Below, one piece after another: positions 48,185 through 57,547 of a stretch of DNA of 64,000 bases. Under the pieces are notes generated by a model. The model saw nothing but the letters and a program-made list of their open reading frames with translations. It was not told the DNA's origin and did not search any database. The first letter of the stretch is position 1. Every line of letters starts with the position of its first letter. The stretch covers positions 268,596 through 332,595 of the forward strand of contig JAHFKN010000001.1 in NCBI GenBank assembly GCA_023245355.1, given 5' to 3'. This DNA is from Candidatus Gottesmanbacteria bacterium. GTDB taxonomy: Bacteria; Patescibacteriota; Microgenomatia; UBA10105; UBA927. A program made the translations under genes and the position numbers.

Positions 48185-49176
48185 TTGTCTTTACGTTTCA
48201 GTCTGACCTGTTCTTCTATCCATGCATATGTTTTGGAAAGACCGTCATATAGTTTGCTCGTTGGTTCCCATCCGAGTTTTTTCCGGATAAGGCGGTTATC
48301 AGAAGACCTGCCGCGTACGCCCAGCGGGCCTTTCACGTGCTTAATCGTAAGCGACTTGCCTGCAATATCCATCACCATTTCCGCCAGTTTGTTTATACTC
48401 ACCATTTCTTCTGATCCGATATTTACCGGACCGGAGAATGTACTGCTCATCAGTCTCCGTACGCCCTCCAGACACTCGTCAATATAAAGATATGAACGCG
48501 TCTGTTTGCCGTCTCCCCACATTTCCATACTCCCTCCGTCTTTGGCCTGAGCTACCTTGCGACAGATAGCTGCCGGTGACTTTTCTTTGCCATTATTCCA
48601 GCTTCCTTCCGGACCGAATATATTATGGAACCGCGCGATATGAACCTCGAGGCCGTAATTCTTTGCATACGCCTGATACATGCGTTCACCAAATATCTTT
48701 TCCCACCCATACTCGCTGTCTGGAGCAGCCGGATATGCGGAGGATTCCTCCAAATTAGGATTATTCGGGTCCAGCTGATTGTGCTCCGGATAAATACATG
48801 CGGAAGAAGAAAAGAAAATCTTTTTAATTTTTGCCAATCTTCCGAAATGGAGCGCGTTGAGGTTAATCTGCGCGGAATTATGCATCACATCTGCATCATG
48901 CTCACCGGTAAAAATATACCCTGCCCCTCCCATATCGGCTGCCAGCTGATATACCTCATCATACGGGCGGTCGAACACTTTTTGACAGAATTTCTGATCA
49001 CGCAAGTCACCCACAATAAATTCATCAGCGGGAGATTTGCTGTACTCATGCCGTTTGATATCGACTCCGCGCACCCAATAGCCTTCTTTTTTCAGACGCT
49101 TCACGAGGTGCCCGCCGATAAACCCGCCGGCACCCAATACCAATGCGTTCTTTATGCTTTTCTGCTTAGTCTTCAT
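48181..49176 (-). CDS. GDP-mannose 3',5'-epimerase-like SDR
   Basis: GAGGFIG, LAADMGGAGYI, SSACIYP, YGWEK, RFHNIFGP, EKSPAAICRK and GVRGR motifs. Confidence 0.85.
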   Translation of the reverse strand: MKTKQKSIKNALVLGAGGFIGGHLVKRLKKEGYWVRGVDIKRHEYSKSPADEFIVGDLRDQKFCQKVFDRPYDEVYQLAADMGGAGYIFTGEHDADVMHNSAQINLNALHFGRLAKIKKIFFSSSACIYPEHNQLDPNNPNLEESSAYPAAPDSEYGWEKIFGERMYQAYAKNYGLEVHIARFHNIFGPEGSWNNGKEKSPAAICRKVAQAKDGGSMEMWGDGKQTRSYLYIDECLEGVRRLMSSTFSGPVNIGSEEMVSINKLAEMVMDIAGKSLTIKHVKGPLGVRGRSSDNRLIRKKLGWEPTSKLYDGLSKTYAWIEEQVRLKRKDK

Positions 49177-49192
49177 AATGTATGTATTTGTC

Positions 49193-49221
49193 AATACTAT
49201 GGAGTTTCTGCAAAATCGTCA
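49193..49221 (-). promoter_or_regulatory. Putative internal sigma70 promoter upstream of the GME-like gene
   Basis: Minus strand reads TTGACG-N17-TAGTAT in the intergenic gap. Confidence 0.5.
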
Positions 49222-49245
49222 ACTCATTCCTATTGGAAATTATAA

Positions 49246-49812
49246 TTAACCACTTTTAACTCTTTGAGCAGGTATGCCGACGTACACTCCCGGACGTAAA
49301 ATGTCCTTTGTTACAACCGCATTTGCGCCAATGGTAACATTATTTGTTATTGTTAATTTTCCTTTCGCAATAATCTTTGCGCCTGCTCCAATCTGAAAAT
49401 TGTCTCCAATAACAATATTAAAGTTGTTTGTTTTAAAACCTGTTCCTATGGTTACCTGCCCCATGATTGAAGAATTTTTTCCAATCACGGTATTATCGGT
49501 TATTACGATTGATCTGTTATGTAAAAAAAGCCCTCCGTTTATAGTCACTTGTGGTTCAATATGATAATCCAGAATATAATATGTGAAACAAAAATATGCC
49601 GGGTATAATAAATACCCCATTAGCCGAAATATGATAAAAGAATTAAATAATAAATATCGCTCCGCCCGATACCATAACGAAAAATGCATACCCGGACTAT
49701 GGAAAATAACCGCCAACTTATACCAAAGTGGTGCTCGCGTATCGATAAAATACCGCGAAATATCATCTCGTAATTGATCCAAACTATCTTTCAAGGAAAC
49801 AGAACTTGTCAT
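49246..49812 (-). CDS. Serine-acetyltransferase-like LbH acetyltransferase
   Basis: GGLFLHN, IGKNSSIMGQVTIG, IGAGAKII, IGANAVVTKD and VGIPA. Real start inferred at MTSSVS, 7 nt after the MTase stop. Confidence 0.78.
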   Translation of the reverse strand: MTSSVSLKDSLDQLRDDISRYFIDTRAPLWYKLAVIFHSPGMHFSLWYRAERYLLFNSFIIFRLMGYLLYPAYFCFTYYILDYHIEPQVTINGGLFLHNRSIVITDNTVIGKNSSIMGQVTIGTGFKTNNFNIVIGDNFQIGAGAKIIAKGKLTITNNVTIGANAVVTKDILRPGVYVGIPAQRVKSG

Positions 49813-49819
49813 AACGGTT

Positions 49820-50608
49820 TTATATTTTCTTAAGTACGGCATGGAACCGGGTAGCATACCGCATATCCTTATCCAGGGTATCAATGAGTAAACCTCCAGT
49901 GTTGGTAATAAAAAATATAAACGGTGCAAACGGAAAAAGAAGTAGCTTAACCAGCCAGTTTTTCTCCATAATTTTCCGTATGACAAACTGATTGGTACCT
50001 GCGGCCATGGAGGTGCCGAAAAACGACCGCGTGTTGATGGAAACGGCGCGTAATCCGTGTTTCTTACCGAGCAAGGTAAGGCACGATTTGGTGTACCGGA
50101 AGTAATCAAATCCCGTTCCTTCGCTGTGTTCCCGGTAATAGTACGGAACGGAAATGATGCAGTGCCCTCCCTTCTTGAGGACGCGCGACGCTTCGGAAAA
50201 AAACGTGTCGGGATCAGATATATGTTCCAATACTTCAAACGAGCAGTAGGTGTCAAACGAACCGGTCTTAAACGGAAGATTGAGGGCATCCGCAACCTGA
50301 TCAACCGAGCTTTTTGTTTTCTGTTTCCCGAAAAGATACGACGACAACACACCCAATACGCTCGTGCGGTTATTGTACCGCACAAATATATCATCCCAGG
50401 ATGAATAATCAGTCGCAAGATATGATGTAATCCGTTTTCCCGCGGCCCTAAGAATCCGTTCCTTATTTTCCCCATTCCCGCATCCTGTTTCTATCACCTT
50501 TCCTTTTATATACCGTTGCATATCGGCATTCCCTAGCGCCATTTGACGAAATTCCAGCCAGTGGGGGTAAAACGGCGTGCCGGATATAAAAAATTGAAGG
50601 ATATTCAT
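49820..50608 (-). CDS. Class I SAM-dependent methyltransferase
   Basis: ETGCGNG, ADALNLPF, EVLEHI, RVLKKGG and DYFRYT motifs. Confidence 0.85.
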   Translation of the reverse strand: MNILQFFISGTPFYPHWLEFRQMALGNADMQRYIKGKVIETGCGNGENKERILRAAGKRITSYLATDYSSWDDIFVRYNNRTSVLGVLSSYLFGKQKTKSSVDQVADALNLPFKTGSFDTYCSFEVLEHISDPDTFFSEASRVLKKGGHCIISVPYYYREHSEGTGFDYFRYTKSCLTLLGKKHGLRAVSINTRSFFGTSMAAGTNQFVIRKIMEKNWLVKLLLFPFAPFIFFITNTGGLLIDTLDKDMRYATRFHAVLKKI

Positions 50609-50613
50609 GCTGC

Positions 50614-51480
50614 TTACCGCAATAATTTCACGATCGTATCTGTCACATTATACCGCGGTTTCCATGCATAATCATGCATCAATTTGCTGCTATCGGCTTT
50701 CAGGGCGCGGACAAACCCTTTTGCTTCGGCTACATGTGATATGTGAAGTTTGTTTTGGCCGACGCTACGGAATATGTCGGCAAGTTCAGTAAGGGTCAGC
50801 ATTTCTCCTGATGAAACATTGTAAATCGTATCCTGCCAATCCCCGGAAAGCACGGATACAATGGCACTGACCAGATCTTCTACATGAATAAAATCCCTGA
50901 TTTGTTTTCCGTCGCCGGTTATGGAGATAGATCCATTCTTTCTGTATGAATCCGCCATGGTGGTAATCGCTCCCGCTTTGGCATCCTCACCGTAAATATT
51001 CGTCGGCCGGAGGATAGTGTATTTCATGGAGTAAGTGGCGGCAGAGTATTTCAATACCTGCTCTCCGAGGAGTTTAGACATCGCATACCCGGTCGTGGGA
51101 TTCGGATTATCTTTTTCCGTAGGTAATGAATTAATGGCCAGATCGCCGTAAACTGCCGCGGCGGAAATATGGATGACGCGCTTGACGCCGGCTTTGCCGG
51201 CGGACTCAAACAGTTCCATGGGAGTTACAACGTTTGTCTCAAGTTGTTCACGTAGCGGCGGGTCAAACCGGCCGATGAGGTTGATAAACACTTGGGCATC
51301 TTTGAAAAATTCAGCCAATCCCTCACCGGTCTGAATGTTTCCCTTTACGTACGAAACACCGGCAATGTTAGATACCTGGTCATCCCGGACAAGAACGCGG
51401 GGTGAAATCCCGGTTTGTACAAGTGCCAGGATCAGGTGACTGCCGACAAAGCCGCTGCCGCCTGCAATTGAAACATGCAT
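50614..51480 (-). CDS. NAD-dependent epimerase/reductase (extended SDR)
   Basis: GGSGFVG, ISAAAVYG, YAMSK, RPTNIYG and GKQIRDFIHVED motifs. Confidence 0.82.
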   Translation of the reverse strand: MHVSIAGGSGFVGSHLILALVQTGISPRVLVRDDQVSNIAGVSYVKGNIQTGEGLAEFFKDAQVFINLIGRFDPPLREQLETNVVTPMELFESAGKAGVKRVIHISAAAVYGDLAINSLPTEKDNPNPTTGYAMSKLLGEQVLKYSAATYSMKYTILRPTNIYGEDAKAGAITTMADSYRKNGSISITGDGKQIRDFIHVEDLVSAIVSVLSGDWQDTIYNVSSGEMLTLTELADIFRSVGQNKLHISHVAEAKGFVRALKADSSKLMHDYAWKPRYNVTDTIVKLLR

Positions 51481-51487
51481 ATAAACT

Positions 51488-52486
51488 TCAGAGAAGCCCT
51501 TCTTTGGCAATCATTGCTTTAAGCGTAGCCACAGGTATCCGGTTGGTCGTATTGGAAGCATATACCAACGGACCGATACGCTTCATCTTCCCGTATTTTT
51601 TCGTAACTGCGGGTAAGGAAATCTGCGGAAGAATTACATAATAATCATCCATTTCTACCGCCCGGAGCGATTCGGATTCACTGATTAACACTTCATGAAT
51701 TTTTTCTCCCGGCCTGATACCGGTTACTTTGATATTCCTTTTCTGTGCGGGAATGCGTTCCAACATGATATCCAGAATATCCTGCACGGTATGTGCCGGC
51801 ATTTTTTTCACAAATACTTCACCGCCGACACCCTCGGTAAGCGCCTGCATAACCAGCGCTACGCTGTCGGAAAGTGTCATGACAAACCGGGTCATGGTAG
51901 GATCCGTAACCGTAATCGGCTTTCCGGAATCTATAAGCAAGCGGAATAACGGTACAACTGAGCCGCGGGATCCCAGGACATTTCCGTAGCGGGTAGATAC
52001 AAAGCTGATTTTTGTTTCATTGGTATATAGGTTTGCCGTAGTGATAAGCCGCTCCTGCAGGGCTTTTGTCATGCCGTATGCATTAATCGGGTCGACCGCT
52101 TTATCCGTTGAAAGCGCCACTACCTTTTCTACTCCCTCGTCACGCGCTGCGTCGATAATATTCTGGGCACCCGTAATATTTGTCTGAATTCCCTGCCACA
52201 CGTTATATTCCACCTGGGGAATCCACTTAAGGGCCGCCGCATGAACGACGATATCAACACCGCGCATGGCGTTGCGGACACTGCGGTAATCGCGCACGTC
52301 ACCGAGTATATACCGGATATTTTCGTTGCCTAAGTCAAGCTCCATTGCCCCATGCTTATTTTCATCGCGGCTGAACACGATAACCTCTGATGGTTCGTAC
52401 TCCATCAATTTCGCGACAAACATCTTGCCGAATGAACCTGTGCCGCCCGTTACGAGAATACGTTTTCCATGAAATATCGTTTTCAT
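51488..52486 (-). CDS. UDP-GlcNAc 4,6-dehydratase (inverting), PseB/FnlA/CapE family
   Basis: GGTGSFG, SRDE.K, HAAALK, LSTDKA, YGMTK, RYGNVLGSRGSVVP, MTRF and GIRPGEKIHE motifs. Confidence 0.88.
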   Translation of the reverse strand: MKTIFHGKRILVTGGTGSFGKMFVAKLMEYEPSEVIVFSRDENKHGAMELDLGNENIRYILGDVRDYRSVRNAMRGVDIVVHAAALKWIPQVEYNVWQGIQTNITGAQNIIDAARDEGVEKVVALSTDKAVDPINAYGMTKALQERLITTANLYTNETKISFVSTRYGNVLGSRGSVVPLFRLLIDSGKPITVTDPTMTRFVMTLSDSVALVMQALTEGVGGEVFVKKMPAHTVQDILDIMLERIPAQKRNIKVTGIRPGEKIHEVLISESESLRAVEMDDYYVILPQISLPAVTKKYGKMKRIGPLVYASNTTNRIPVATLKAMIAKEGLL

Positions 52487-52498
52487 ATTGACCACATA

Positions 52499-53632
52499 TT
52501 ACACGGTTATGCCCATGGCTTTCAATGGCTTACGCACCATGCGCTCAAATGAATATGCCCGTGCAGCCTGCACGGCGCGTTCTCTCATAGCCGGATATTT
52601 TCCGGTATATACGGAATCTATCGCACGTACAAAATCAGAAACTGCAGGACGTATAACGACGCCGCAGCGGAATTCGCGTATGACATCAGACGTTGAGACG
52701 ACACCCGTAGTCACGACGGGCAGACCGGCGGCGAGGTATTCGCGGATCTTCATGGAATCGCCGTACCGCGTCCACGGATCTTTATCTATATATAGCGCAA
52801 GGCCTATGCCTGCGGTAGAAAGAAACTCGTGCACTTTTTCGCGACATAGTGGTCCGTGAAGTACAACAGTTTTTTTCCTCTGCCAGCGCGTAATTTCATT
52901 TTTTATGGCTTTCGGAAAATTAAGTTCGCCGATGATGTGCAGCCGTATATCCGGATATTTTTTCGTGAGGGGCACCAGTGCATCCAGTACAACTTCGTAA
53001 TTTAAAGACGTCGTTGACGTACCGACGATGACCATCCAATGCGCATGATGCGCATCCTTACCCTCATGCACTCCGACCGGAGCATTCGGAACGAAATAAT
53101 TTTTCTCTTTGGAAACTCCCTGTGTTACGCGGTGCTCGAAAATACGCGTCGAGACATTCCACACCTGATCGGCATGACGGATACAAAATCTGTCAATGCA
53201 ATGATATATGCCGTTGAGCAGTCTGTTTCCGAACCGTGAATCAGCATAATCCGCCGTATAGTAAATCACTCTGTTAACCAGACCGGCGTACCTGCCTACA
53301 ATTCCCCAAAGGGCGTTAAGCGGATCTATCCCGATATACAAAGAAACTTTTCCGGTTTTTACAAGCGCGGTCAACACAATGTATGCCTCGATTAGTGTAC
53401 GGAGTGGTAGTAACGCCGGAGTTTTTTGCATCTGGTACCGCTGAACACCGGAAGACGCATACTGCTCGTGCAAAATTCTGTATGTGCCGTAAATCGGAAA
53501 ATGAAGAACAGTAAACGGGATTTTTTTGGAGGAAAGCAAATCGAACAATGACGCCCCCGTCCCGCTCACCGCCTTCCCATCGCCCAAAAACAACGAGTGG
53601 ATCGCGATAAGAATCGTTTTATGTTCAGCCAT
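52499..53632 (-). CDS. GT4-like glycosyltransferase
   Basis: VIYYTADY, HADQVWNVS and KIREYLAAGLP; same subfamily as the gene at 46105-47376. Confidence 0.8.
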   Translation of the reverse strand: MAEHKTILIAIHSLFLGDGKAVSGTGASLFDLLSSKKIPFTVLHFPIYGTYRILHEQYASSGVQRYQMQKTPALLPLRTLIEAYIVLTALVKTGKVSLYIGIDPLNALWGIVGRYAGLVNRVIYYTADYADSRFGNRLLNGIYHCIDRFCIRHADQVWNVSTRIFEHRVTQGVSKEKNYFVPNAPVGVHEGKDAHHAHWMVIVGTSTTSLNYEVVLDALVPLTKKYPDIRLHIIGELNFPKAIKNEITRWQRKKTVVLHGPLCREKVHEFLSTAGIGLALYIDKDPWTRYGDSMKIREYLAAGLPVVTTGVVSTSDVIREFRCGVVIRPAVSDFVRAIDSVYTGKYPAMRERAVQAARAYSFERMVRKPLKAMGITV

Positions 53633-53671
53633 ATAAACGGAATCAGGTCAGCGCATGCCTAATATGCGCGT

Positions 53672-54607
53672 CTACTTCTGATGAAAAGAAACGTACCACT
53701 CTATCGTTTTTCTAAGCCCGGCTTCCAGCGTGACTTTCGGCGACCATCCCAACACCTGTTTTGCCTTTAACCAGCTCACCTCCTGTTTATCCAGCTCGTT
53801 TTGTCGGCCGTCAGGGGTTTTGTGTATGGCAGAACGTTTTCCCATCAGCAGAATAATGGTCTCAATCATTTTTTTGGCAGTGACGGAATTGCCGGTCGCG
53901 AAATTAAATATCCTGTTGCGCTCGATCTGCGCATCGGATATTTTACCCAACAGATCGTACGCGCGGAGCGCGTCATCTATATACAGATAATCGCGTTTTG
54001 CTCCCCCTCCCCATAATGTCGGCTGTTTTCCCTGAAGCAATGAGCTGACAGTTTTCGGCACGATACGGGAGGAGTTCATGTCTCCCGGACCGTAAATATT
54101 TACAAACCGCGGAATAAGAACCGGTAATTCATACGTGTCGGCATACGATTGCGCTATCAGATCCGCGCATGTTTTGGACGTTTCATACGGCCGCGACGGC
54201 CGCGCAGGTTCATCTTCCTTATACGGAAACGGTGAATTTCCGTATACATGAACCGTCGAAGCCATAACAATTCTGGAAACTTTGGTGTTTCTGCATGCTT
54301 CCAATACATTGAGCGCACTTTCGATATTATTATGAAACGTATGATAGGGATCGGATTGACCCGATTCCACAAGCGCTTCGCTTGCGAGGTGAAAGAACGC
54401 ATCAGGCCTGAATGTATCCACAACGGAAAAAAGCTTCTTTCTGTCTGTAAGGTCTACGGAGACGTGATGGTCGGACGTTTTTTTACCGCGGACAATACCC
54501 AATACCTGTGCGTGACGCTTCTCAAAATATGTAAGCAGGTGGCTGCCGATAAATCCTCCGGATCCGGTAATGAGAACGCGCTTATTTGCCCAGGATGTAA
54601 TTTGCAT
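53672..54607 (-). CDS. NDP-sugar 4,6-dehydratase-like SDR (RfbG-like)
   Basis: GSGGFIG, HLASEALV, PYETSK.CADLIAQSY and NIYGPGD..SRIVP motifs. Confidence 0.75.
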   Translation of the reverse strand: MQITSWANKRVLITGSGGFIGSHLLTYFEKRHAQVLGIVRGKKTSDHHVSVDLTDRKKLFSVVDTFRPDAFFHLASEALVESGQSDPYHTFHNNIESALNVLEACRNTKVSRIVMASTVHVYGNSPFPYKEDEPARPSRPYETSKTCADLIAQSYADTYELPVLIPRFVNIYGPGDMNSSRIVPKTVSSLLQGKQPTLWGGGAKRDYLYIDDALRAYDLLGKISDAQIERNRIFNFATGNSVTAKKMIETIILLMGKRSAIHKTPDGRQNELDKQEVSWLKAKQVLGWSPKVTLEAGLRKTIEWYVSFHQK

Positions 54608-55622
54608 ACGAGGAGATTCGCCGATGTATTATGACAAATCCGTACAGAATTACAAGGCTAAAACACATAAGGGGGTTGAGAAACCACGCAAAATCCCTAA
54701 TCCGGATAAACCCGCGGACCGCATCTATAAACGGTACCACAACAGTGAGACTCAACAGTACAAACCGCATGGTCGGGAAAAAATCACCTTTTTCGTACAG
54801 GCTGTACCGTCGTTTACCTCCGCTCATAAAATGATATTTCTCCATAAACAGTTTTCTCCGCCGGAGGTAATCCCATATCCCCCGTTCGTCCGTTTTATGA
54901 TGAAGGGAATCTTTTATAAATGCATATCTGTTATACCCTTTGCGGATCAGATCGACATTTACGTCGATATGGAAAAACTCGTCCGGGCTGGTTTTTGCGT
55001 GTGCAAACAATACACTGCGCCGTATCATAAACCCGTTGGAACCGAGCGTGGGTATACCGTTTTTCGCAAAATCTACGGAAAAATATGAACCTTTATCCGT
55101 AACGTTCGCACGCCTGAATACTCCGTACGAAGAAGGGTCGTCATAAAAATATGCCATCCGGTCGGCTTTCCCGACGTAGAAAGCGAAAATATCATTTGCA
55201 CCGAACAACGAAAAATATCTGCCGATAAACGAATCACCGGGATTGTAGAAATAATGAAGCGTTTCAACGCCTACCATAGATGCATCGTCCTGAAACGGCC
55301 GCACCATCGCCTGCATCCATTTGGAATGCGGCAATACATTATCATGATCGACGAATAATATGATATCGTGCTTTGCTTTCCGCGCGCCGACCGCCCGGTT
55401 GTATTCTGCTCCCTGCTTATCTTTAGGAACATGCAAAACGGCAGCATGAAACCTGCGTGCTACCTCAAATGTTTTATCTCGTGACCCTCCGTCTGCCAGA
55501 ATAATTTCAATACGGTCTTTGGGGTACTCCTGCGTCCGTATACTTTCCAGACACTCCGTTAACGTTTTTGCAGAATTATATGTAGCAATGACGACGGAAA
55601 TTGTGGGGTAAGCTGATTTCAT
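54582..55622 (-). CDS. GT2 glycosyltransferase
   Basis: SVVIATYNS, DGGSRD and FVDHD (DxD); C-terminal TM segments. Confidence 0.85.
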   Translation of the reverse strand: MKSAYPTISVVIATYNSAKTLTECLESIRTQEYPKDRIEIILADGGSRDKTFEVARRFHAAVLHVPKDKQGAEYNRAVGARKAKHDIILFVDHDNVLPHSKWMQAMVRPFQDDASMVGVETLHYFYNPGDSFIGRYFSLFGANDIFAFYVGKADRMAYFYDDPSSYGVFRRANVTDKGSYFSVDFAKNGIPTLGSNGFMIRRSVLFAHAKTSPDEFFHIDVNVDLIRKGYNRYAFIKDSLHHKTDERGIWDYLRRRKLFMEKYHFMSGGKRRYSLYEKGDFFPTMRFVLLSLTVVVPFIDAVRGFIRIRDFAWFLNPLMCFSLVILYGFVIIHRRISSYANYILGK

Positions 55623-55626
55623 ATTG

Positions 55627-56733
55627 TTATGTGAGACTCCCCAAAAATATCCTAAAACTCGTTTCCCACTCAAACGTATCGGAGTATTTCTTCGCCGCAT
55701 GGGAAAGCGAAAGCAGCTTCTTTCCATCGGAAATCAGCAGTAGCATACTCTCTGCCAATTCCCCGGCTGACGGTTCTGAAGAAATATGTACTCCCGTTTT
55801 GCCGTGCAGCACTGAATCCTGTACTCCTGTCACTTTTGTAACTATACCGGGTGTGCCGCACGCTGCAGCTTCGGTCACCACCATACCCCACCCTTCTTTC
55901 ACGGATGGCAAAAGCAAGGCCCACGCCTGCTGCATAAGTTTCACTTTCTGATCTTTCGGATCCGTATCAAAAAATAAATGGTCTTTATTCACGACATATA
56001 CATTTTTTTCCAGTTTGTGAGTCTGTATCATGTCATGCAGCTTCTTCTCCATCGGTCCGTATCCCACGATGGCAAGTTTTGCAGTGGGATACTTTTGTAC
56101 GACGATACGCATCGCTTCCACGCAAAGATCCGGTCGCTTCATCGCGGTCAACCTGGCCACAAAAAGAAACAGAGGATCACGGGATTTTTTACCCGGCTTG
56201 TACCGGTTATGATCAATTCCTATCGGGAACGTCGAAATATTTGTTTCCGGAATGCCAAAGGTAGTGATGTCTTTTTTTACGCTTTCGGAATAGCAGAGAA
56301 ATTTCGTATCGCGGTATGTGAGGTATTCCAGCGGCTCCAATACGTATGCGATGTACGACAGTATTGGGGGCAATTCATAAAAAAATACTTCTTTTGCCAA
56401 TTGATTCACGTATGCGATGCGCTTTTCTTTGGGCACATACAGCGGCGTCTGCCAGCAAATCGTGTTCACACAGTCCAATACTTTATCCGGCTTCACTGAA
56501 AGCGACCGATAATATTTGTAGGCTTCCCAATAAACGGTGAACCTGTTTCCCCGGCGGATTATCCTGATACCATCGATCGTTTCTTCCGGTTTCGCACCCT
56601 TAAAACTCCGGCAGAACCAGGTAACGGTATGCCCCTCACGTACTAGGCGTTTCGATAATTCGTACAGTATGATCTCGGCCCCGCCAACATCGGGATTTTT
56701 TATATCTTTCCAGTTGAGAATAAGTGCATTCAT
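55627..56733 (-). CDS. GT4 glycosyltransferase
   Basis: NWKDIKNP..GGAE, ARL..KR and PSVKEGWGMVVTEAAACG motifs. Confidence 0.88.
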   Translation of the reverse strand: MNALILNWKDIKNPDVGGAEIILYELSKRLVREGHTVTWFCRSFKGAKPEETIDGIRIIRRGNRFTVYWEAYKYYRSLSVKPDKVLDCVNTICWQTPLYVPKEKRIAYVNQLAKEVFFYELPPILSYIAYVLEPLEYLTYRDTKFLCYSESVKKDITTFGIPETNISTFPIGIDHNRYKPGKKSRDPLFLFVARLTAMKRPDLCVEAMRIVVQKYPTAKLAIVGYGPMEKKLHDMIQTHKLEKNVYVVNKDHLFFDTDPKDQKVKLMQQAWALLLPSVKEGWGMVVTEAAACGTPGIVTKVTGVQDSVLHGKTGVHISSEPSAGELAESMLLLISDGKKLLSLSHAAKKYSDTFEWETSFRIFLGSLT

Positions 56734-56749
56734 GCGGATATAAAGCCAA

Positions 56750-57541
56750 TTATACCGCTTTTTGTGCTGCAACGATCAGCGACGTCCCAAATGGTAAAGG
56801 GACAATTTTGGAAAAAAACATGTCGAGGGCAAATGACTGTTCCAGCAGGCGGTTAAGTATTCCCGGAGGCTGCCAAACAACTTTTTTGAGTATGGGCATC
56901 ACATCTTTGGAAGTGTTACCGGATTTAGACAGCATGAACCGCTTCATGATCAGGTGAGGAATATACTGGAAAAATCCGAAATATGAAATTGAGCGGATCC
57001 TGAAACCTCCGGCGGTAAGTACCTCAACAAGCGACCTCTTCGTGTACCGGCGTTTGTGACCGGAAATATCATCGTAAACAGACCACAACTCCGGCCTGGC
57101 AGGAACGGTAATGTAGAGTATGCCGGCTTTACCGATGAGCCGCGAACACTCTTGGATGGCTTGCTTGTCGTTTGGAATATGCTCCAGTACGTCAAACATA
57201 CCTACTGCATCAAAAAGCTTTTTGGGCCTGAACTGATCTAATTTTCCGGCAAAAAAAGACGCAGAAGGTACTCTTTGCCTGGCATATGCCAATCCCTCTT
57301 CGTGCATGTCTAACCCGGTTACCCTAAATCCTATCCGTGCCAATTCCGCCAGCACATACCCGGTTCCGCATCCCACTTCCAGAAAACTCTTCCCCTGATA
57401 CGAATGAAGTGACGACCGGATAATTTCGCGGATAACCATATTTCTGCCCCGGAACCAAAAGTGCTTTTTTTCACTTTCCGCAAGCAGTGCATAAGCCTCC
57501 GCAGGATAATCATGAAGCGACGCGGTGTTGTGAGATTTCAT
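56750..57541 (-). CDS. Class I SAM-dependent methyltransferase
   Basis: HFWFRGR, LEVGCGTG, FDVLEHI, TVPA and GHKRRY motifs. Confidence 0.85.
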   Translation of the reverse strand: MKSHNTASLHDYPAEAYALLAESEKKHFWFRGRNMVIREIIRSSLHSYQGKSFLEVGCGTGYVLAELARIGFRVTGLDMHEEGLAYARQRVPSASFFAGKLDQFRPKKLFDAVGMFDVLEHIPNDKQAIQECSRLIGKAGILYITVPARPELWSVYDDISGHKRRYTKRSLVEVLTAGGFRIRSISYFGFFQYIPHLIMKRFMLSKSGNTSKDVMPILKKVVWQPPGILNRLLEQSFALDMFFSKIVPLPFGTSLIVAAQKAV

Positions 57542-57547
57542 GGGGCA

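Noticed and set aside
49813-50475. N-terminal extension of about 220 aa on the 409-aa ORF overlapping the methyltransferase; possible frameshift fusion at a T7 run near 50200
   Set aside because: The extension is Arg-rich and not protein-like, the methyltransferase frame is intact, and a suitable ATG lies 7 nt after its stop. No stimulatory structure is evident.
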